DNA of 64,000 bases, taken from Clostridia bacterium. Its GTDB lineage: Bacteria; Bacillota; Clostridia; Monoglobales; Monoglobaceae. Below the pieces are notes generated by a model. That model was given only the letters and a program-made list of their open reading frames with translations. It ran no database searches and had not been told where the DNA came from. The stretch is taken from positions 20,871-84,870 of the forward strand of contig JAZNSG010000027.1 of NCBI GenBank assembly GCA_045591035.1. The letters run 5' to 3'. The position numbers were made by a program, and so were the translations under genes. Below, in pieces: positions 37,475-44,490 of the stretch; position 1 is the stretch's first letter, and each line of letters opens with the position of its first letter.

Positions 37475-38659
37475 TCATTTAACTTCTTTATATTTTCCTG
37501 AAATAACCTCTCCGTCTAATTGGCAATACGTACATAATTGATTTGCGTGACTAAACTGCAAAACGAACTTACTTCGTATCATCGCACCAAAAGCATTTTG
37601 AGCATCTACATATGATACAATGGTAATGACATCATCTCTTCGACCGATTTGCCAAGAACCAGAATACCAATTAGGAAAATCTGCCGAAGACGGAGAGCGA
37701 AGACACTGCTTAATCAATTCTTCTGATTGATATAAGTACAATGATTTTTCATCATCAGAAAGATAATAACGAGAAATATTATCAAGAACTCCACCTTTAG
37801 ATGAGTCAAATAAAGTAATATCTCCTGAACTAATATAATTAGTTGTGTAATTAGCACCATCATTCGTTAAAATCAGCGTACCGGATACAGTTTTTGAGGT
37901 ATACTTAAAGGATTTCATGCCCTCAACACCTGCACCCTCAAATTCAGTAAATCCAGTCAATTCATTTATTCCTACAGACTCGAAATCTTTTTTCACTTGT
38001 TCTGCTTCTTCTTCTGAAACACCACATTTTTTTACAATTAATTTGATAACTTTATCATTTTGTTTAACCGTTTTTTCTTCTTTTTTATTTTCTAACTTTT
38101 CGCTGTTTTTATCATCGGTTTCTTCATAACCACAAATTTGACATTTTTCAACTTTTTCATCTTCATTTTCTATAACAATCTGCATAGTATGACCTTTCGC
38201 AGGAAAAACTTCCCTCTCTTTACGTCCACAATACCCACAAGTTCTCTCAGTCAAACCCTCTACTTCACATGTGGCTTCAGTAGAAGATACCAACACATAT
38301 GCATGATTCTCCATATCTGCTACATATTCATCCGTATGTAAACTAAGAACAGCAGAGTTGATTAATATAGTAATAATAAAAAGTACAACAAAGAAAAGAG
38401 AGCTTGTCCAAAGTTTAAATTTGTTTAGTAATGGAAGTTTTTCTCTAATCTTGGTTTGAGATAAGAAAATATAAGGAGAAAGGAAAAAACAAAAAATAAT
38501 TAAATTTGACAGTTTATTAATTACAAAATCTTTTGTTTCTAAATTAGGATATTTCCCCTCTGTCATAATCACAAGAAATAATAAGCACCAAACAATTAAA
38601 TACACGATAGACATAACCTTTTTCCATATTTTGTTTGAACGAAAGCCAAATAATTTCAT
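37475..38659 (-). CDS. membrane protein with Cys4 zinc-ribbon-like segment, unknown function
   Basis: 394 aa; about 4 N-terminal TM helices, then CEVEG...CGYCG...CQICG, a Glu/Lys-rich linker and a C-terminal globular domain. AT-rich. Confidence 0.5.
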   Translation of the reverse strand: MKLFGFRSNKIWKKVMSIVYLIVWCLLFLVIMTEGKYPNLETKDFVINKLSNLIIFCFFLSPYIFLSQTKIREKLPLLNKFKLWTSSLFFVVLFIITILINSAVLSLHTDEYVADMENHAYVLVSSTEATCEVEGLTERTCGYCGRKEREVFPAKGHTMQIVIENEDEKVEKCQICGYEETDDKNSEKLENKKEEKTVKQNDKVIKLIVKKCGVSEEEAEQVKKDFESVGINELTGFTEFEGAGVEGMKSFKYTSKTVSGTLILTNDGANYTTNYISSGDITLFDSSKGGVLDNISRYYLSDDEKSLYLYQSEELIKQCLRSPSSADFPNWYSGSWQIGRRDDVITIVSYVDAQNAFGAMIRSKFVLQFSHANQLCTYCQLDGEVISGKYKEVK

Positions 38660-38749
38660 AATAAACGCTCCTTTAATAAAATTTTAAATATATAAATACA
38701 ATATCAAGCTTCTTTCGACACAATTCGACTTTTGTCAAGTCAGGGTGAA

Positions 38750-38801
38750 TTTTTTGTCCCTTGTATATCAAAGCTTATAAAGACTGTATATTCTGGATGC
38801 C
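38750..38801. repeat. repeat R2 copy 2
   Basis: 48/52 identical to 30324-30375. Confidence 0.85.
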
Positions 38802-38808
38802 TCACACC

Positions 38809-39306
38809 AAAGCCTCCCTTGCCATCGGCCCCCTTGCCTAAAGGGGGCTGTCAGCGCAGCTGACTGGGGGATTCCCGGAGGTGTTAGTCGCAGGCTGACG
38901 GAGGGATTCTTTAACAACATTATCTATGTACTGGCACACTCCCTCAAAGTTTCTGTTTACTTCGTTGTTAGGTATTCTTATAACAGTCAAATTTCTTTGT
39001 TCTATTTTTTCTGTCCTGATTTTATCTTTCAGCAAACCTTTTTCTTCATAATGCTGTGAACCGTCAAGTTCAATAATCAACCTTGCGCTATGGCAATAGA
39101 AATCAACTATATAATTATCAATCACCTTTTGCCTTAAAAATCTAATGGGATAACTTTTCAAGAAATCATACCAAAGATGTCGTTCTTCTTTTGTCATATT
39201 TTTACGCAGAATTTTTGCATTTGTTGTTAATTCTGTATTGTGTTTTCTTTCCATCTATCCCTCCACCGCTAAAGCGGTCCCCCTCCCTTTAGGCAAGGGA
39301 GGCTTT
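38809..39306. mobile_element. compact DUF559 cassette bounded by perfect 15-bp inverted repeats
   Basis: aaagcctcccttgcc (38809-38823) is the exact reverse complement of ggcaagggaggcttt (39292-39306). Both ends carry GC-rich hairpins. Confidence 0.55.
38838..39254 (-). CDS. DUF559 (Vsr-like) endonuclease domain protein
   Basis: 138 aa; ARKLRKNMT-type N-terminus (AKILRKNMTKEERHLWYDFLK...RFLRQKVIDNYIVDFYCHSARLIIELDGSQH...). The tail NPPVSCADSPL is encoded by the hairpin repeats. Confidence 0.85.
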   Translation of the reverse strand: MERKHNTELTTNAKILRKNMTKEERHLWYDFLKSYPIRFLRQKVIDNYIVDFYCHSARLIIELDGSQHYEEKGLLKDKIRTEKIEQRNLTVIRIPNNEVNRNFEGVCQYIDNVVKESLRQPATNTSGNPPVSCADSPL

Positions 39307-39351
39307 TTATTTCGACAATATTTGACAATCTTTGTATATTAACATCAAGTT

Positions 39352-39608
39352 AAAACCAAAAACAAGCTGACAACTTTGTTGTCGCGAATCGACTCTTCCA
39401 TGAGTTCTCGCTTCGCTCCATGAATTGAATTCATTATAATTATTGTCGAGGAAACGGCGAAACGCCGTTTTTAGCGGAACGAGTTCCGCAACTTTTAAGC
39501 AAGGAGCTTGAAAGCCTCGTATAATTGCAATAATGTCGGTCTATGGAAACAGCGTTTTCATAGGTGTTTGCGATAGGTCTCAAACAAAAACGCATATGCA
39601 TTTCACCG
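39352..39608 (-). ncRNA. candidate structured non-coding RNA (class not recognised)
   Basis: Lies downstream of a TG-extended promoter. Two multi-stem modules (39535-39610 and 39447-39519), then a GACAAC-AAA-GTTGTC hairpin plus a U-rich tract. No credible ORF or SD. Confidence 0.25.
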
Positions 39609-39614
39609 ACTATT

Positions 39615-39642
39615 ATTATAGCATACAAAAGTAAATTTTCAA
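39615..39642 (-). promoter_or_regulatory. putative sigma-A promoter (TTGAAA-16-TGcTATAAT)
   Basis: Minus strand: TTGAAA 39642-39637, 16-nt spacer, TGC, then TATAAT 39620-39615. Located immediately after the GNAT stop codon. Confidence 0.4.
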
Positions 39643-39649
39643 GTAATTA

Positions 39650-40423
39650 CTAATCAAAATATATGCCGAAATATGGCCCTGATAATTCCCCGGGGAAAAC
39701 CATATAAGTAGGCGCACCATTTTTGTCGGGATAAGAATACTTCACCGTTTCTGCCCCTAATTCCGAGCCAATAAAATTAGCTGTTTCCTCAGGTTTTTCT
39801 GCAATTAATTCTTTTATAAAGACAGTTTCTTTTTCCTTATGCAAAAATGCAAATTCTGCTCTTCCCCCAGCATTCTGTATCTCATAAAATTCACCACTAT
39901 ACATAGTCTTGGCAAACAGCAACATTTCGGCATCCCATTTTATAAAATTTCTTTCACCAAAAAACAGATTACGCAGAGCTTCATATTCTTTTACAGTTAT
40001 TTTTTTAAGACTCCGTTTTGACTTATTTGTTTTCTTCACGTAAAGCTCTTTTTTTGCAAGTAAAGGTACTTTTACAAAATCCATTTTTGCATAGAATTCA
40101 AAAAGGCTTTCGTTTTGTGGTACTAAAACAAGAAAAGCATACTTTTGACTGTCTTTTACGCTATCCATTAAAGATTTACATATCCCTTGCCCTCTATAAT
40201 CAGGATGAGTAGCTACAGCATAAATATATCCTCCGTTTTTATTATCGTATTCCACAGGCAGAACAGAGAGCATTCCTTTTACAATTCCGTTATCCTCGTA
40301 AACAACAAAGTATTTCAGAAGAGTTTCGAGATATTTATCTATGTCATTTACACTATCGCCAAAAGCCTTGTTCCAAAGCCATATAATCTGGTTCCTATGG
40401 CGTATGTCGGCCGGTAAAATCAT
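39650..40423 (-). CDS. GNAT-family N-acetyltransferase
   Basis: 257 aa; acetyl-CoA motif HPDYRGQGICKSLM. ATGA overlap with the upstream gene. Confidence 0.7.
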   Translation of the reverse strand: MILPADIRHRNQIIWLWNKAFGDSVNDIDKYLETLLKYFVVYEDNGIVKGMLSVLPVEYDNKNGGYIYAVATHPDYRGQGICKSLMDSVKDSQKYAFLVLVPQNESLFEFYAKMDFVKVPLLAKKELYVKKTNKSKRSLKKITVKEYEALRNLFFGERNFIKWDAEMLLFAKTMYSGEFYEIQNAGGRAEFAFLHKEKETVFIKELIAEKPEETANFIGSELGAETVKYSYPDKNGAPTYMVFPGELSGPYFGIYFD

Positions 40424-41310
40424 ACATTTTGTTCCTTTACTTCGTATTTTTTTACAATTTCGACAGGTTTATATGAAAGCTTGGCTTTCCTCAATTTTTC
40501 ATCACCTGCATCATCTTCCCTGTTCACGAACTCATACTCCATACAGTTATGGCGAACAAACTCCCTATTTATAATCTGATATGCACCGGTAATATGCGAA
40601 AAGGCTTTTTCGATGTGTACCAAAAAGGTTTTGTCATTAAGCCTGTCACCAAGAGAAAAGGCCACAACTTCTCCTCCGCATCTAATAAGACCGCCTGAAA
40701 GTTTCAATTCACTAATATGCGCAAGTGCACGTTTAACCACCTGAGTTTCATCCGAGAGTCCCTTTTTGCTTCCAGCATCAACCATTTGACACCACTTCTC
40801 ATGCATTTTAACTACTTCTTCAACATTTTCAGTTGTTATTTCTTCGTAACTCCAATCGGGATTTTCAGCAATAAATCTATTAATATGATTTCTCTTTGCG
40901 CTGAGCTTTTTCCCCTTTAAAGTCGCAAGTTCTTCCCTCAAATACACATAATCTCCGTCATCTCGTACTTCTCTGAACACAAACCGTCCCGGAGCTATAG
41001 ACTCTAAATATGCTTTATTTTTCTCACTTACGCTATAAAAACACACCTTTTCTTTCAGCAGTTTTTTTACAGCTGCATCTATATCTCCGGTTCCACAAGG
41101 AAAAAGATAGGACTTTTTATCTCCGCCGCTCCTTATAAGCAAAACATCATCTTCTATTTTAAATTCAATATTAAATACGTCCTGCCATAAAAACAGTGTA
41201 GTAAAATTATATTCAAGACTTGGACAATCGCATTTTGTCAATATTTCATCTATTGCCTTCTTGTCTTCTATTTTTGCTCTTTTAAATTGAGGTTTAATTT
41301 GTTCCTCCAT
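40420..41310 (-). CDS. DUF2156 domain protein (MprF C-terminal, aminoacyl-transferase-like fold)
   Basis: 296 aa; YNFTTLFLWQDVFNIEF... and ...FLVHIEKAF... resemble DUF2156 as I remember it. Confidence 0.6.
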   Translation of the reverse strand: MEEQIKPQFKRAKIEDKKAIDEILTKCDCPSLEYNFTTLFLWQDVFNIEFKIEDDVLLIRSGGDKKSYLFPCGTGDIDAAVKKLLKEKVCFYSVSEKNKAYLESIAPGRFVFREVRDDGDYVYLREELATLKGKKLSAKRNHINRFIAENPDWSYEEITTENVEEVVKMHEKWCQMVDAGSKKGLSDETQVVKRALAHISELKLSGGLIRCGGEVVAFSLGDRLNDKTFLVHIEKAFSHITGAYQIINREFVRHNCMEYEFVNREDDAGDEKLRKAKLSYKPVEIVKKYEVKEQNV

Positions 41311-41362
41311 AATTTCTCCTTTATATAATACTTAAGCCTATTTTATAGCGGATATATTTCTA

Positions 41363-42694
41363 CTATTTTACCACAAGGCACTCTTCGATTCCATAATACT
41401 CAAAGCACTCAATTGCAGACTCACTCACTTCTTCACCACAGACCAAAACAGGCACCGCGGGGGGACAGTTTATGCTCAAATCCGCAAGAATTCGACCTTT
41501 TGCATCATTTACAGATACTTTTTCACTCTCGGAAAGCATAGCTCTTCTGATTGGCATAACCCTTTTAGGTTCTTCCAATTGGGGACTGACAGACTTCACT
41601 TTATCTTTTCGTGGGATGCTTGTGAGTGCTTTTTCAAGGAGTTTTAGTTCCTTTTTGCCGGTATTTGAAGAAAACATCATTACCACAAAATCCGGGTCAG
41701 CAAACTCACATATAATATTATCCTGTTCAAGGAGTTTCGCTAAATCCAATCCCATATATCCATAATCTTTCCCCAAAATGGTCATTTTCAAAGGCTCATC
41801 TCCAAAAAACGAATATCCGCATTCTTCAAGACGCATTTTCATTTCGCCGACCATTTTTGATACTTCCTCGACATCCTCTGAAAAACCTTTTTCAAGGTAC
41901 TTGTTCACCTTGTCAAGAGACTGCAAAATCAAATACGACGGACTTGTTGACGCAAAATTCGACATAGCCCTCTCAACATAGTCAAACAAAAACTCCGGTG
42001 CATTTTTTGACAAATGGAGATATGCCCCACCCGTAAGCACCGGCAATGTTTTATGTGCCGAGTCGCAACAAATATCCACACCCAAATCCAAAGGATGCAT
42101 GGATTTTTTAAGAAACTTTAAATATGCACCATGAGCATTGTCCACAACGAAAAGCACATTATATTTCTTGCATAAAGTCGCCAAGCCCTCTATATCAGCA
42201 ATATTTCCCGGGTAATCAGGGCTTGTGACATAAAGTGCCGCAGGTGACTTTTCGGCAATCATTTTTTCTATAGTCCCCAAATCAGGCCTACACGAAAGAA
42301 GGCTGTTATCCTTTGAGAAAATCCATTCAACCTGAGCATCCATCATAGCCGCAGCTGAAACAAAGGTTTTGTGAGCATTACGAAAAGCCAATATCAAAGG
42401 CTTTTTCCCCATTTTTTGAGCATAAATACCAGAAAGAAAAACCATCGCCCTGATTGCCAATGATGAACCTTCAGTCGAGTATACCGTCTTTCCCGAACCA
42501 AAAAGGCGTGATGCATTTGCTTCACTTTCTTTTATAATTCCTTTAGCATTATACAAAACATCTGCGCCACAAATCTCGGTTATATCAAATGGCTCAGGCC
42601 CAAGCGTCTGTTTTCCCTTATGCCCGGGCATATGAAACCGACAAGCTTTTTTTTCATTATATTCTTTAACAAAATCAAAGATGGGTGTATTCAT
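41363..42694 (-). CDS. Orn/Lys/Arg decarboxylase-family PLP enzyme
   Basis: About 443 aa; FHMPGHKG N-terminal signature and SAHKTLP, which carries the PLP lysine. ATG 42694 is 2 nt after the scfB stop; the track start 42700 is a TTG. Confidence 0.8.
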   Translation of the reverse strand: MNTPIFDFVKEYNEKKACRFHMPGHKGKQTLGPEPFDITEICGADVLYNAKGIIKESEANASRLFGSGKTVYSTEGSSLAIRAMVFLSGIYAQKMGKKPLILAFRNAHKTFVSAAAMMDAQVEWIFSKDNSLLSCRPDLGTIEKMIAEKSPAALYVTSPDYPGNIADIEGLATLCKKYNVLFVVDNAHGAYLKFLKKSMHPLDLGVDICCDSAHKTLPVLTGGAYLHLSKNAPEFLFDYVERAMSNFASTSPSYLILQSLDKVNKYLEKGFSEDVEEVSKMVGEMKMRLEECGYSFFGDEPLKMTILGKDYGYMGLDLAKLLEQDNIICEFADPDFVVMMFSSNTGKKELKLLEKALTSIPRKDKVKSVSPQLEEPKRVMPIRRAMLSESEKVSVNDAKGRILADLSINCPPAVPVLVCGEEVSESAIECFEYYGIEECLVVK

Positions 42695-42696
42695 AA

Positions 42697-44091
42697 TCAA
42701 TCAACCAATTTCCTGGATACTTCCAAAAATATCGCACATTCCATTCTCTTTCTGAAAAGCTCACAGCCCTGGCTGTAAACTCCTTTTATGCTGCCCGTAG
42801 CATGATAAGCATTCGCAGCACAACCACCTGAGCAATAAAGCTTTGCCCAACAATCCCTGCATTCAGGTCTGGAATATACGTTGCATGACTTAAAATCACA
42901 TTGAGTCTCAGTATTTGTCACGCCTTCCCATATATCCCCAAGTCTGAACTTTTCGTCACCAACAAACTGATGACAAGGATAAAGGTCGCCCCAAGGGGTG
43001 ACTGCCATATATTCAGTTCCCGAGCCGCACCCTGAAATCTTTTTATAGATACACGGTCCACCCGTCAAATCAATCATATAGTGATAGAAGGTGAATGGTT
43101 TGCCCGATTTTTCCCGAAACAGCATAAGCTCCGCAAGTTCCTCGTATTGCTTTAAAACAATCTCAACGTCCGATTCTGTAAGTGCCGACTTGTCATTGGG
43201 TGCACAAACAACAGGCTCCATACTCAGTTCACTGAATCCCAAATCAAGCATGGTTTTTATATCATTCAGAAAATCAGGGTTTTCGTGGGTGAAGGTACCA
43301 CGCATATAGTAGTCCTTCCCGCCACGGGCATTAACCAATTTTTGAAATTTGGGTACAATAGTCTCCCAGCTTCCTTTGCCTGAATAGTCTACTCTGTATT
43401 TGTCATGAATTTCTTTTCTTCCGTCAAGGCTTAAAACTACGTTGCTCATTTCCTTGTTTGCAAACTCAATTACATCATCATCAATAAGCACACCGTTTGT
43501 AGTAAGAGTAAAGCGAAAATTCTTTCCGGTTTCTTTTTCTCTTTCTCTGGCATAGGCTACCAAACCCTTAACCACATCAAAATTCATAAGTGGCTCACCG
43601 CCAAAAAAATCGACCTCAAGGTTGTGACGTGTTCCCGAATTTTCTATAAGAAAATCAAGTGCTCGTTTTCCCGTTTCAAGGCTCATAACCCCTCTGTCGC
43701 CCGAGTATTTTCCCTGACTTGCAAAGCAGTATGCACAGTTAAGGTTGCAGGTATGGGCAACGTGAAGGCAAAGTGCTTTTATAACATTTGATGTTTTTTC
43801 CTTAAGCTCCCCTGCCATGGGTTCAAAGGTATCCTCTGAAAACAGCTTTCCCGCCATTTTGAGTTCTTCAATCTGTTCATAACATTCCCTGACTTCGGGC
43901 TCGGTCACCTCGGGATTGTTTTCGTAACTTTTGAGTATTTTTTCAATTATGTCGTCCTTTTTCATATCCTCAAACAGACCTATTATGTCATACGCCACGT
44001 CGTCGAGAACATGCACAGAACCTGAATATGCATCCACAGCAATATTCAAACCACCCTGTTTGTATCTGTGTACCAAAGCAAAATCCCCCAT
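42697..44091 (-). CDS. scfB: SCIFF radical SAM/SPASM maturase
   Basis: CNLNCAYC radical SAM motif and a C-terminal Cys-rich SPASM-like region (CGSGTEYMAV...PCHQF...CRDCWAKLYCSGGCAANAY). N-terminus ...HRYKQGGLNIAVDAYSGSVHVLDD. Start uncertain (44091 or 44121). Confidence 0.85.
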   Translation of the reverse strand: MGDFALVHRYKQGGLNIAVDAYSGSVHVLDDVAYDIIGLFEDMKKDDIIEKILKSYENNPEVTEPEVRECYEQIEELKMAGKLFSEDTFEPMAGELKEKTSNVIKALCLHVAHTCNLNCAYCFASQGKYSGDRGVMSLETGKRALDFLIENSGTRHNLEVDFFGGEPLMNFDVVKGLVAYAREREKETGKNFRFTLTTNGVLIDDDVIEFANKEMSNVVLSLDGRKEIHDKYRVDYSGKGSWETIVPKFQKLVNARGGKDYYMRGTFTHENPDFLNDIKTMLDLGFSELSMEPVVCAPNDKSALTESDVEIVLKQYEELAELMLFREKSGKPFTFYHYMIDLTGGPCIYKKISGCGSGTEYMAVTPWGDLYPCHQFVGDEKFRLGDIWEGVTNTETQCDFKSCNVYSRPECRDCWAKLYCSGGCAANAYHATGSIKGVYSQGCELFRKRMECAIFLEVSRKLVD

Positions 44092-44096
44092 ATCAC

Positions 44097-44119
44097 AAAG
44101 AAAGCCGCCTTTCGGCGGC
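44097..44119 (-). terminator. intercistronic hairpin/attenuator between scfA and scfB
   Basis: Minus strand reads GCCGCC-GAAA-GGCGGC followed by UUUCUUUG. Confidence 0.5.
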
Positions 44120-44129
44120 ATTCTCAAAA

Positions 44130-44279
44130 TTATTTATTGTTATCATTCTCGCACTTCTGGTTTGCAATACCGCAACTAGTTTTGCAGGCAGACTGACAAG
44201 ATGTCTGGCATTCGCCGCAACCGCCTTTAACTGCACTCTTGCACAAATCACGAGTTTCAAGTGTTTTTATGTGTTTCAT
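44130..44279 (-). CDS. scfA: six-cysteine peptide SCIFF (ranthipeptide precursor), 49 aa
   Basis: MKHIKTLETRDLCKSAVKGGCGECQTSCQSACKTSCGIANQKCENDNNK. The SD TTGGAGGA lies 8 nt upstream. This is the in-frame inner start of the 73-aa track ORF. Confidence 0.88.
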   Translation of the reverse strand: MKHIKTLETRDLCKSAVKGGCGECQTSCQSACKTSCGIANQKCENDNNK

Positions 44280-44322
44280 TTTAATTATCCTCCAATTTCT
44301 GAATCGTCTGTTATTTGAAAAT

Positions 44323-44351
44323 ATTATAGCACACAAATTTCCAAAAGTCAA
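44323..44351 (-). promoter_or_regulatory. putative strong promoter of scfA (TTGACT-17-TGcTATAAT)
   Basis: Minus strand: TTGACT 44351-44346, 17-nt spacer ending in TGC, TATAAT 44328-44323. Confidence 0.5.
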
Positions 44352-44490
44352 GTGCTTTTAACTTCTGTGAATTTATGTCAGGCTTTTGTTTTGATTAAAA
44401 TTATAACATGATAATTAGGTCGACAAACCTTGTTTTTTTTCATGCTCTATGTTATAATGAAACCATATCAAAAGAAAGGCAGTAGATTTT

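Noticed and set aside
39447-39519. A tRNA-like cloverleaf (a closing stem plus three hairpins).
   Set aside because: The arm lengths and loops do not fit a tRNA. One hairpin has a 2-nt loop. There is no T-loop GTTCRANYC and no 7-nt anticodon loop.
39440-39628. The 62-aa ORF in the track (MYAIIIVGEMHMRF...).
   Set aside because: It starts upstream of the predicted -10 element and has no SD. Its sequence is the translation of stacked hairpins, so the region is more likely non-coding.
44092-44351. The long starts suggested by the ORF track: the 73-aa scfA frame from 44351 and the scfB TTG at 44127.
   Set aside because: The 73-aa frame begins inside the promoter, and the SD precedes the inner ATG at 44279. 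The scfB extension (MRMPPKGGF) is the translation of the GC hairpin at 44104-44119.
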